64,000 nt of DNA from Candidatus Micrarchaeota archaeon RBG_16_49_10 (GTDB lineage: Archaea > Aenigmatarchaeota > Aenigmatarchaeia > CG10238-14). The DNA lies in contig MFRS01000003.1 of assembly GCA_001784635.1 (NCBI GenBank), positions 30,777 to 94,776 of the forward strand, given 5' to 3'. Of the stretch, positions 39,805-48,195 are shown one piece after another. The position numbers were made by a program, and so were the translations under genes. The notes beneath the pieces are model-generated. The model had not been told where the DNA came from and made no database searches. It saw only the letters and a program-made list of their open reading frames with translations. Numbering within the stretch: the first letter of the stretch is position 1; each line of letters starts with the position of its first letter.

Positions 39805-40350
39805 ATGCTACTTTGGGTGCTGGTGGTTCTGGGTCTGGTAGCCTTCGTCTTTATCTACTACATAAACAGGATACTGATACTCTCGAACAGGATAGAGAAC
39901 TCCAGGTCGCAGATAGACGTCCAGCTCAAGAAAAGGGCTGACCTTGTGCCAAACCTCGTGGAGACGGTAAAGGGGTACATGAAGCATGAGAAGGGTGTGA
40001 TGGAGAAGGTCACAAAGGCCAGGGAGAACATGCTAAAGGCCAAGACCACAGAGGAGATGGACAAGGCCGACAAGTCACTTGCCGGGGCTTTGAAGACGGT
40101 CTTCGCCATAGCCGAGAACTACCCCAACCTGAAGGCGAACGAGAATTTCATGATGCTCCAGGAAGAGCTTTCTGGGATAGAGAACAAGATAGCTTATGCC
40201 AGGCAGAGCTATAACGACTCGATACTGTTGCTGAACACGCTAGTCTCTACTTTCCCCGGAGTGGTTTTCGCAGCTTTGTTGGGCAAGAGGAAGAGCAAGT
40301 ACTTGGAGATAGAGGAGAAGGAGAAGAAGCCTGTAAAAGTCGAGTTCTAA
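39805..40350 (+). CDS. lemA: LemA family protein
   Basis: N-terminal TM, QIDVQLKKRADLVPNLVETVKGY, ENYPNLKANENF. Confidence 0.93.
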   Translation: MLLWVLVVLGLVAFVFIYYINRILILSNRIENSRSQIDVQLKKRADLVPNLVETVKGYMKHEKGVMEKVTKARENMLKAKTTEEMDKADKSLAGALKTVFAIAENYPNLKANENFMMLQEELSGIENKIAYARQSYNDSILLLNTLVSTFPGVVFAALLGKRKSKYLEIEEKEKKPVKVEF

Positions 40351-40360
40351 GTTGAAAGGA

Positions 40361-41254
40361 ATGAGAAAGGCCAACATCCAAGACGAAATAGCCGTTAATA
40401 AGTTGAAGTCGGCTGTTTTGATAGTCTTCGTGGTACTGTTTTTGCTGTTCATAGGCTGGGTTCTCGGGGAGGTGTACGACCCTACGATGGCCTATTTCTT
40501 TTTGGCCTTGGCGGGTATTTTCTCATTTTTCTTCGTGTTCTACTCCTACTACAACAGTGACAAGATTGTCTTGAGGAGTGTTAAGGCGAGGCCTGCCAAC
40601 AAAAAGGAGCATGCCTACCTCATGAACGTTGTCGAGGGTCTTGCGATAGCCGCGAAGATACCGGTCCCGCGGATTTATGTAATGGAGACGGATGCGATAA
40701 ACGCCTTTGCGACAGGGAGGAACCCAGAGAACAGCGTGATATGCGTCACGACGGGCATGATGAAAAAGCTAAACAGGAGTGAGATAGAGGGGGTAATAGC
40801 CCATGAAATGTCACACATCCAGAACTACGACATAAGGTTCGCTACCCTGGTTGCGGTTTTGGTGGGCATTGTTGTCATCCTGAGCGATATGTTCAGGAGG
40901 AATTTGTGGTTTTCCAGGGGGTCGAGGGAGGAGAAGGAAAGCTCGTCCTCTGTGCTGTTAATTGTGGGTATCATCTTCGCTCTGCTGGCTCCGATTTTCG
41001 TTAAAATCGTTCAATTGGCCATATCAAGAAAGAGGGAGTTCCTGGCCGATGCAAGCGGTGCCTACCTCACAAGATACCCTGAAGGGTTAGCATCGGCTCT
41101 TGAAAAGATTGCGAAGGAGGAGGGAATTATCAAAGTCAATGGGGCTGTGGCTCCTTTGTTCATCTCTAACCCTCTAAAAGCCAGGCAGATCTCTAACCTC
41201 TTCTCAACACACCCACCTATAGAGGAGAGGATAAAGGTATTAAGGGGTATGTAG
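40361..41254 (+). CDS. htpX: Zinc metalloprotease HtpX (M48)
   Basis: NAFATGRNP, HEMSH, SRKREFLAD, LFSTHPP. Confidence 0.95.
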   Translation: MRKANIQDEIAVNKLKSAVLIVFVVLFLLFIGWVLGEVYDPTMAYFFLALAGIFSFFFVFYSYYNSDKIVLRSVKARPANKKEHAYLMNVVEGLAIAAKIPVPRIYVMETDAINAFATGRNPENSVICVTTGMMKKLNRSEIEGVIAHEMSHIQNYDIRFATLVAVLVGIVVILSDMFRRNLWFSRGSREEKESSSSVLLIVGIIFALLAPIFVKIVQLAISRKREFLADASGAYLTRYPEGLASALEKIAKEEGIIKVNGAVAPLFISNPLKARQISNLFSTHPPIEERIKVLRGM

Positions 41255-41298
41255 CATAAACATCTTTTTTTAATCTTTGAATCAGAATAGTATTCTTT

Positions 41299-41643
41299 AT
41301 GTCCCTGGACAAGATTTCCGAATACCAGAAGGCTTTCGACGAAAGACACTTCAAAAATTGGAATGAAAGCGCGGACAAACTTGAATTTTTGCAGAGTATG
41401 GTGGTCGCTCTGGTGGGAGAGATAGGGGAATTCGCGAATGTTGTGAAGAAGGCTGTTAGGGAAAAGAAAACGCTCGGTAATGAAGTTAGCGGTGAGGTGT
41501 TGGGGAAGTTGCGGGAGGAGTTGACTGACTGCTTCATTTACATAGTGATTTTGGCCAACCGTCTGGGGATGGACTTGGAAAAGGAGTACTACAGGAAAAT
41601 GAAGGTCAATGAAAAGAGGTTCGAAAAGTATAGGGTGGGTTGA
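41299..41643 (+). CDS. MazG-like nucleotide pyrophosphohydrolase
   Basis: GEIGEFAN...EELTD all-alpha NTP-PPase motif. Confidence 0.85.
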   Translation: MSLDKISEYQKAFDERHFKNWNESADKLEFLQSMVVALVGEIGEFANVVKKAVREKKTLGNEVSGEVLGKLREELTDCFIYIVILANRLGMDLEKEYYRKMKVNEKRFEKYRVG

Positions 41644-42377
41644 TGAAAAGGTTGCTGTTAAACAAGAGGGGTTCCTATCTCGTCAATTTTTTTGAGGGTG
41701 TTTTAAGGATTGCAGATGGGGAAATACCCCTTAAAGAGCTTGAGAAGAAGAATCCTGGTGAAAAAATCAAGACGCACAAAGGTGTTGAGTTCACGGTGGT
41801 AGAGCCAAGCTCCATCGACCTTATGGGGAAGATGAAAAGGGCGGCTCAAATCATAACGTCCAAGGATGCGTCCTTAATCTTGGGTCAGACTGGGATAGCG
41901 TCTGACAGCCTCATAATAGACGTCGGCTCGGGGTCCGGTTTTCTGGCGATATTCCTTGCTAAGTACTGTGATAAGGGGAAGGTAATAACTTACGAAAGGA
42001 GCTCGGACTTCGTGGATATTGTCAAGAAAAATGTGGATTTCATGGGCCTAAAAAACGTTGTGGTTAAAGAGAGGGACGTCCTGAAGAAGTTTTTTGATGA
42101 GAAGGCTGCTGATTTAGTAACGCTAGACATGATGGGTGCCGAAAAAATCGTCAAAAAATGCCACAAAATCTTGAAGCCGGGGGGCTGGCTGGTAATCTAT
42201 TCCCCTCATATAGAGCAGGTTGGGAAAGTGAGTGTTGAGATTGAAAACAATGACTTCACGCAAGTCAGGACAATCGAGTGCATAATAAGGGAATGGAAGT
42301 CGGATCATGGGTATACAAGACCGAAAACCAAGGGTTTGATGCATACAGGCTGGCTTACTTTTGCACGAAAAATTTAA
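41640..42377 (+). CDS. trmI: tRNA (adenine-N1)-methyltransferase TrmI/Gcd14
   Basis: KRAAQII..KD, DVGSGSG, YER, LD, YSPHIEQV, RP....HTGWL.FARK. Confidence 0.88.
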   Translation: MMKRLLLNKRGSYLVNFFEGVLRIADGEIPLKELEKKNPGEKIKTHKGVEFTVVEPSSIDLMGKMKRAAQIITSKDASLILGQTGIASDSLIIDVGSGSGFLAIFLAKYCDKGKVITYERSSDFVDIVKKNVDFMGLKNVVVKERDVLKKFFDEKAADLVTLDMMGAEKIVKKCHKILKPGGWLVIYSPHIEQVGKVSVEIENNDFTQVRTIECIIREWKSDHGYTRPKTKGLMHTGWLTFARKI

Positions 42378-42413
42378 AAGAAGGGAAAACTAATCTTCTA
42401 TAAGGTGTATTTG

Positions 42414-42503
42414 ATGGCAAAAATGTTTGAAGGGAAAAAGAAATGGATGGTTCTTATAACCATTGTGCTTTTGTTGGTTGCGATTTTTTTGTTCTTTTTT
42501 TAA
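42414..42503 (+). CDS. Putative 29-aa single-TM microprotein
   Basis: MAKMFEGKKKWMVLITIVLLLVAIFLFFF*, preceded by AAGGTG SD. Confidence 0.4.
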   Translation: MAKMFEGKKKWMVLITIVLLLVAIFLFFF

Positions 42504-42512
42504 AGCGATGAG

Positions 42513-42587
42513 TGGGGAAACCGGGATTTGAACCCGGGTCATAGGCTCCCGAAGCCTAGATCCTAAACCAAGCTAGACTATTTCCCC
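42513..42587 (-). tRNA. tRNA-Pro(CGG), intronless; first 15 nt overlap the 3' end of hel308
   Basis: GGGGAAA/TTTCCCC-A acceptor, TAGGC-TTCGGGA-GCCTA, CCGGG-TTCAAAT-CCCGG. Confidence 0.92.
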
Positions 42588-44756
42588 TGAAAAATCCAAC
42601 GAGGCCTGCCTTTCCTTGTCATCGTCGGCCAGGCTCTCCCCTATCTGCTTTTTGACCGACAATGCTATCTTATCGCCCAAAATCGCACTCAACCTCCTAA
42701 TAGATATTTCTCTTAGGTCTTGAATTGTTTTTATGTTGTTGTTGAAAAGCTTCCTGGCCCTAACACGGCCTATCTGCTCAAGCCGTACCAAAGGTATGAG
42801 CTCCTCCCTGACCCCATACCTCATTCTTACCCTAAGTTTCCTTACATCCGACAGCTCCTCCTTCAACCCAAGCAAAAACCCGAGCTCGTTGACAGCATAA
42901 AGCATCCAGTCAGCATTCTTGAGCTTAGTCCTCAGGTCGCCTGGCATTACTTTATAAGAGGAGAGCATCTTGTCCTCGGTTGTTTCATTTGCCCAAGACT
43001 CCAATATTATTGCCGTTTTAACGCTCTTGAGGAACTCTTCGAAGTCGATGTCCCACTCGGCAGGAATGTCTGTCAAGAAGGGATTCTCATTAATTTTTTG
43101 AAGCACATCCTCCTCGTCTTTCTTGTACATAGGGAATAGCGGTTTCATCTCAAGTGTGCTGGAAATCAAATGGAGGTGTGTGAAAGGTTTGTTTTTATGC
43201 TTTGACTTCTGAAGGGCTTTGATTATCTGGTTAGCCGAAAGGGGATCCAAGTAAAGTTCAGAAACTCTTTTTCCTATCTTAGTCGGAATTATCTTTTCGT
43301 TGAGTCTGACGACGAAGGCGAAGTCAACAAGCATCGTAATGATGCCTTTGATTTTTGACTCCAAACTACCAGTATCCCCATATTGGTGGGCATAGAATGT
43401 CTTGGAAAAGAAGTTGAAAAGTGAGTCTTCGGTAGACAGCCCGGAAGCGATTAGCGCGAGGACATGCATCCTAAGGACTGGCTCTAAAGCGAGCTTGGAG
43501 TATATCTCTTCTGGCTCGCCCAGTATGTATTTTTCTGTCAGCTCCTGCGCCTCCAAGTCGTTTTTTGCGATCAAAATGGACTCGCCCTCCTGGTCGTAAG
43601 TCGGCCTGCCGGCCCTGCCAAACATCTGCTTGACCTCTAAGGTCGGTATATAGCGGGAGCCGTACCCTGAATAGTATCTTTTAACGTCTCTCACAATTAT
43701 CCTCCATGCTGGGAGATTCACACCCATAGCCAATGTGGGGGTTGCACAGATGGACTTAAGAACGCCTTTTTTGAAGTATTCCTCGATTAAGGTTTTTTGT
43801 TTCGGGAGAAGGCCAGCGTGATGGAAAGCCACCCCGCCTTTTATACACTCTGAAAGTCTTCTGCATTGCCTAGTAGGGGTTTCAAGCATGGACTCGATTT
43901 GGGTAGAAAGGCTTTCCAGTTCCTTGTCAGCTTTAGGTTTATTGAAAAGTGAGAGTTTTTCGGCCAGTGCCTCTGCGTTCCTTCTGGAGGAAACAAAAAA
44001 AATGGCCTGTTTGTTGAAGGAGAGGGTGTTTTCGAATATGTTGATCTCAGCGGTTAAGTTGTCTTTCAGTTTATAGTTTCTCCCGCCGAAAAATTGAATT
44101 TCCGAATTTAGATAAACGCCTTCGTATAATTTCACGGGCCTGAAATTTGAAACCACTAGATTGGCCCCCAGCCAACTAGAAAGCTCTCTTGAATTCTTTA
44201 TTGTGGCCGATAAACCAATTATTTGTGCTTTGGGGGCAATTTCACGCAACCTCGTCAAAGTTATCTCTAACGTTGGGCCGCGTGAAGTATCATTGAGCAT
44301 ATGGATTTCATCGACAATTATCAAGCCTGCGTCAGAAAGCCAGTTAGAACTGTGCCTAATAAGGGAATCACACTTTTCGGTTGTTAAAATAAGGAAATCG
44401 AAGTCAGAAAGCCATCTGCTGGACGAATCTAAATCTCCGGTGCTTAACGCAACCTTGATTTTTGTGCCTGAGAAAAGTTTTTTGAAATATTGATACTTCT
44501 CGCCTGCCAGAGCCACCAACGGGACCAAGTATATTACTTTTGATTTTCTTTCATGTAGTTGTTTTATCGCTGCTATGGCTGCTGTTAAAGTCTTTCCACT
44601 AGCGGTGGGAGCGGAGATTATCTGATTTTTGAAGTCTAATAAACCTTTTTTGAGGGCCATAACCTGCGGCTCATATAGTTTTTTTACCCCGTCTTCTGAG
44701 AACCTCTTGACGAAAATTTCGGGTATTCCGAAAGTGGATAAATTCTCTATATTCAT
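42573..44756 (-). CDS. hel308: Ski2-like DEAD/DEAH helicase Hel308 (Hjm)
   Basis: PTASGKT, DEIH, LSAT, FHHAGL, TPTLAMGVNLP, GRAGRP, IGRVRARKL; PIP-like RQASLDF near the C-terminus. Confidence 0.95.
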   Translation of the reverse strand: MNIENLSTFGIPEIFVKRFSEDGVKKLYEPQVMALKKGLLDFKNQIISAPTASGKTLTAAIAAIKQLHERKSKVIYLVPLVALAGEKYQYFKKLFSGTKIKVALSTGDLDSSSRWLSDFDFLILTTEKCDSLIRHSSNWLSDAGLIIVDEIHMLNDTSRGPTLEITLTRLREIAPKAQIIGLSATIKNSRELSSWLGANLVVSNFRPVKLYEGVYLNSEIQFFGGRNYKLKDNLTAEINIFENTLSFNKQAIFFVSSRRNAEALAEKLSLFNKPKADKELESLSTQIESMLETPTRQCRRLSECIKGGVAFHHAGLLPKQKTLIEEYFKKGVLKSICATPTLAMGVNLPAWRIIVRDVKRYYSGYGSRYIPTLEVKQMFGRAGRPTYDQEGESILIAKNDLEAQELTEKYILGEPEEIYSKLALEPVLRMHVLALIASGLSTEDSLFNFFSKTFYAHQYGDTGSLESKIKGIITMLVDFAFVVRLNEKIIPTKIGKRVSELYLDPLSANQIIKALQKSKHKNKPFTHLHLISSTLEMKPLFPMYKKDEEDVLQKINENPFLTDIPAEWDIDFEEFLKSVKTAIILESWANETTEDKMLSSYKVMPGDLRTKLKNADWMLYAVNELGFLLGLKEELSDVRKLRVRMRYGVREELIPLVRLEQIGRVRARKLFNNNIKTIQDLREISIRRLSAILGDKIALSVKKQIGESLADDDKERQASLDFSGEIV

Positions 44757-44795
44757 GCCAAATCTTGGTGTTTCAAAGTTATTTCTCTTTCTAAT

Positions 44796-45326
44796 TTAAA
44801 TCACAAACTCAAGAAGGAGGTTTTCGTTATCAAATTCTTTCCTTACAAGTTTGTAGTTTGAAGGAGTTTTGAGGATTTTAAAATAACCCAAATTTCCCCT
44901 TCTGGCCCTGACTTCAATAGAGTTCTGCATCCTGATAAGTTCTATGTCCTCTTCTTTTTTGATACCAGGAAGCTTAACTTCGAAGAGTATGTTGTCCTTT
45001 TTCCTTTTGACAACCATTTCAGGCTCCGAAATGTTTTTAGGTAGTTTAATCTGGGTTTTGTCAGCTTTATAAAAGGTTGGCTCGTCCGAAGTAATGGGTT
45101 GGTCTCTATCTTCGAAGCCGTGGGTGATGTTAATCACGAAAGAATTGTCCGAATCTGGTACTATAGAGATATCATAACCTGTTATGTCTAACATTTTTTT
45201 GAAGTAGTCCATTTGCCTGTTTATTATCTCGTTAAGGTTCAAGGCGCCTCTAAGCTTATTTCCGCATTTTGGGCAGAAATTCCACTGCTTATCAATCTTG
45301 GAATTGCAGTAATTGCAAAGTAGCAT
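44796..45326 (-). CDS. Zinc-ribbon + Hsp20/alpha-crystallin-like domain protein
   Basis: CNYC...FCPKCG at the N-terminus; EP...VKLPGIK.EDI....SIEVRA...F.NENL at the C-terminus. Confidence 0.7.
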   Translation of the reverse strand: MLLCNYCNSKIDKQWNFCPKCGNKLRGALNLNEIINRQMDYFKKMLDITGYDISIVPDSDNSFVINITHGFEDRDQPITSDEPTFYKADKTQIKLPKNISEPEMVVKRKKDNILFEVKLPGIKKEEDIELIRMQNSIEVRARRGNLGYFKILKTPSNYKLVRKEFDNENLLLEFVI

Positions 45327-45382
45327 TAAAATCACTCTGATTAAATGTTTTTAGTAATTTAAATATTTTAAATTTTAAATTT

Positions 45383-45400
45383 TTGTTACAGGTGTAACAA
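45383..45400. promoter_or_regulatory. Perfect inverted repeat TTGTTACA-GG-TGTAACAA, putative operator
   Basis: Lies in the divergent promoter, 20 bp before the wHTH gene start and downstream of TTTAAA boxes. Confidence 0.55.
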
Positions 45401-45419
45401 GTTAACAAGTGAGAGTTCA

Positions 45420-45746
45420 ATGGCACGGAAAAAACCAGAAAATAGGCAAGAAACGTACAATATAATGGTCCTTAATCTGCTTAGGGAGCTTTCTAAAACC
45501 CCAAAAAACAGATTATCAGCCAGGGAAATCTCTAGAGTGCTTGAAATCAACCCTATGGCTGTTTCAAGGGCATTAAAGCAATTAAAATACGTTTTAGACG
45601 TAAAGGAAGGTAGTGATTTCGAATCTTTCAGGTTAAAAGTCTATTTAATCAGGCTTAAGGATCAATTTAAAGACTTGGGCATCGAAGATCTCGTTAAAAG
45701 GGCCGAAATGGCTAAAAAACTGGATAAAGAGATATTTAGGAGGTAA
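45420..45746 (+). CDS. Winged-helix DNA-binding protein
   Basis: LSAREISRVLEINPMAVSRALKQL HTH followed by a beta wing. Confidence 0.75.
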   Translation: MARKKPENRQETYNIMVLNLLRELSKTPKNRLSAREISRVLEINPMAVSRALKQLKYVLDVKEGSDFESFRLKVYLIRLKDQFKDLGIEDLVKRAEMAKKLDKEIFRR

Positions 45747-45797
45747 GTTAAATACCCCAAAACAGCCTAGCAAACTCTAGTGCCTAAAGAAAAACCT

Positions 45798-46058
45798 TTA
45801 GAGCAGTTCATTTTCGCTGACTATTACAAAATCCCCTATTGATTTGACAGAGCTGAAAGGTATTAAGGTCCTCCCTCTCTCGTCAATTTTCAGGTTTAAA
45901 TCCTTTAGAGATTTCGAACTGCTGTCAACGACTAGGTTAAGTAGCTCGCCACTTTCAGTTATAAAATCTATGTTAGAGACTACACCGAATTTTTTCCCTG
46001 ATTCTTCGCTAACTATAATTTTACCAAGAACATCTTTTGCTCGTGTTTTGGATTCCAC
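45798..46058 (-). CDS. PRC-barrel protein (CdpB-like, cell-division associated)
   Basis: LGKIIVS..G.KFG.V....F..ESGEL..L.V...IPFSSVKSIGDFVIV. Confidence 0.85.
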   Translation of the reverse strand: MESKTRAKDVLGKIIVSEESGKKFGVVSNIDFITESGELLNLVVDSSSKSLKDLNLKIDERGRTLIPFSSVKSIGDFVIVSENELL

Positions 46059-46119
46059 AATTTCACCCCTGAGATAATTTTAGTAAACAAACTACTTTAT
46101 CTTTTCCCTTTTTAATTTA

Positions 46120-47211
46120 TTAAGCTTCCGCTAATAAGCTTTTTGCTTTCCCGCTAGGCAAATAAACGAAGTTTTTACCTTCTCTTTTCCTGCCTATTAA
46201 ACCCTCGTCCATCAACCTTTTCAATATATTATTCACCGATCTGACTGCGTTGCTCTTGTTTTTATAGTCTTCTTGGCCCAATAACTCAACTATTTGGGTC
46301 GGATTTAAATTAGGGTTTTTATCTAGAATCCTCAATATGTTCATCTGCTTCAAAGGTATGTTTAATGAAGAAATGTTTTTTATTGTCTTTTGTGATGGAA
46401 TACTCGAAAAAACGGTATCCAAAAGCCCTTTGTTTATGCTATTCAGGTTCCTTTTGGCGGTTTCAGCTATCAAAAAATCGCATTTTTTAATTATTTCCCT
46501 TGGGAAGCCACCTGTTATCTCGAATATTCTATAAACGGCTTCGGAATTAAATGGGCTTATTCCTTTACCCCCAACGCTTTCAATTCTCTTCATTATGAGA
46601 GACTCTGTTTCGCTAGCATCCAAAGATTGTAAATATATTTCGGTTGTGATCCTCATCGACAGCGTGGGTAATTCGATTTCCAGTTTTTCTTTAAAAATAG
46701 GGAGCCCAGCAAAAATTATTGACATATTTGGAACTACATCAGTCAAAGTTCTCAACCACTCCAAAACTTCAACTGAACACTCGTGAGCTTCGTCTACTAA
46801 AAAAACTGCCCTAATTGATCTAGTTTTTTTTGCAATAAATTTCGGTAGATTATTAATATCGATAGAATTCATCTGTAATTTATCTAAAAAATTAAAACCT
46901 AAAAGAGATTTGAAAACTAAAATAAGATTTTCTTTTTCTTTTGGAGGTTTTGGGATATAGAAAGACCTAAAACTTTTTTCTTGATTAAATTTGTTGTTCA
47001 GCCAATTCAAAAGGGTTGTTTTACCAGAACCGGTATGCCCAATAACAACAGCTATTTTATGTTCATTAAAGACATGTGAAAGTAGAGACTCTGTTTGTGA
47101 AGAATAACCGACCATCATTTCAGGCATTATATTCAACGTGAATGGGTTAGAAGACCAACCAAAGTGCTTAAAATAAGCCATTTTTGTATCCATTTCTTCA
47201 CCCAATTTCAT
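46120..47211 (-). CDS. AAA+ ATPase (ExeA/GspA-like) with C-terminal winged helix
   Basis: YFKHFGWSSNPF, Walker A GHTGSGKTT, Walker B FLVDEAH, TGGFPREI, C-terminal wHTH (VNNILKRLMDEGLIGRKREGKNFVY). Confidence 0.8.
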   Translation of the reverse strand: MKLGEEMDTKMAYFKHFGWSSNPFTLNIMPEMMVGYSSQTESLLSHVFNEHKIAVVIGHTGSGKTTLLNWLNNKFNQEKSFRSFYIPKPPKEKENLILVFKSLLGFNFLDKLQMNSIDINNLPKFIAKKTRSIRAVFLVDEAHECSVEVLEWLRTLTDVVPNMSIIFAGLPIFKEKLEIELPTLSMRITTEIYLQSLDASETESLIMKRIESVGGKGISPFNSEAVYRIFEITGGFPREIIKKCDFLIAETAKRNLNSINKGLLDTVFSSIPSQKTIKNISSLNIPLKQMNILRILDKNPNLNPTQIVELLGQEDYKNKSNAVRSVNNILKRLMDEGLIGRKREGKNFVYLPSGKAKSLLAEA

Positions 47212-47790
47212 TTTTATTTCACGACAAATAAATAGTTAACGTGAATTTTTGATTAAACCACGTGATTATATAACTTTTAAAGTTTTAAAAGTAATGTGGT
47301 TGTATGGTCAGATTATTTATCTGCGTGAAAATACCAGAGAACGTGAAAAAAAAGCTGGTGGTTGCTCAAAAAGATTTGAAAAATGACAAAATAAATGCTA
47401 AGTTCGTCGAAGAGGAGAACCTACACCTTACCTTAATTTTCATTGGAGAAACAAAAGAAGAAAAAATAAATGAGACCAAAAATTACATGACTGAATCTGC
47501 TAAAAAAACTAAGAGTTTTCACGTGAATCTAACAGGAATTAAGTTATTCCCGAGTGATTATAATATAAGAGTTATAGGTGTTAAAGTCTTAAGTGAAAAT
47601 TTAAATTTTGTTATATCTGAATTTAATAAAGATATCAAAGGGCTTTCGCATGAAACAAACAAAATTACCCTGTGTAGATTGAGAAAAAACCTTAAAAAGG
47701 ACTCTTTAAAGGATTTTATTGAAAAATATAGTCTATTCAATTTTGGAAAAATTCACGTGAATAAAATACATCTCGTGAAAAGCACGTTAA
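47135..47790. repeat. Cluster of TTCACGTGAA palindromes and CGTGAA half-sites
   Basis: Full palindromes at 47518-47527 and 47751-47762; CGTGAA/TTCACG at 47137, 47218, 47240, 47324, 47342 and 47774; CACGTGAT at 47259. Confidence 0.6.
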
Positions 47791-47843
47791 CAAGAGATGG
47801 GCCCATATATGAAGATGTCCATGAAGTGAAACTTAATGAATGA
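47304..47843 (+). CDS. thpR: RNA 2',3'-cyclic phosphodiesterase ThpR/LigT (second HxT motif degenerate)
   Basis: MVRLFICV, ENLHLTL.F.GE, LVKSTLTRDGPIY; second motif reads KITL. Confidence 0.85.
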   Translation: MVRLFICVKIPENVKKKLVVAQKDLKNDKINAKFVEEENLHLTLIFIGETKEEKINETKNYMTESAKKTKSFHVNLTGIKLFPSDYNIRVIGVKVLSENLNFVISEFNKDIKGLSHETNKITLCRLRKNLKKDSLKDFIEKYSLFNFGKIHVNKIHLVKSTLTRDGPIYEDVHEVKLNE

Positions 47844-48195
47844 AAAAACGCTTGTAATTTTGTGTTTAGTAGTTTCGTTTATAGGTTTATTAGTTATGTT
47901 TATCTCCAACAAAATTTTTGAGCCAAAAGTAATCAAAATATCGCAAATAGAAAAGGATATGAATAGTGTTTTAATTGAGGGTGTTATAACACAAAAAGAA
48001 GTTAGTGAGTCAGGCACAATTTTTTTAAAAATAGAAGATGAGTCAGGCTCTATTGAAGCTGTTATTTTCAAAAACAGTATAAAAAATATAGAAAACTTTA
48101 AGGAAGGTGATAAAATAAAAATTCAAGGGAAGCCGGAAATATATAAAGACTCCCTTGAAATAATTGTATACAAAATGGTTAAAAATCCTCTTTAG
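47836..48195 (+). CDS. Membrane-anchored OB-fold nucleic-acid-binding protein
   Basis: N-terminal TM, then V.IEG.I...IFLKIEDESGSI.AVIF...GDKI.IQG...Y...LEI. Confidence 0.75.
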   Translation: MNEKTLVILCLVVSFIGLLVMFISNKIFEPKVIKISQIEKDMNSVLIEGVITQKEVSESGTIFLKIEDESGSIEAVIFKNSIKNIENFKEGDKIKIQGKPEIYKDSLEIIVYKMVKNPL

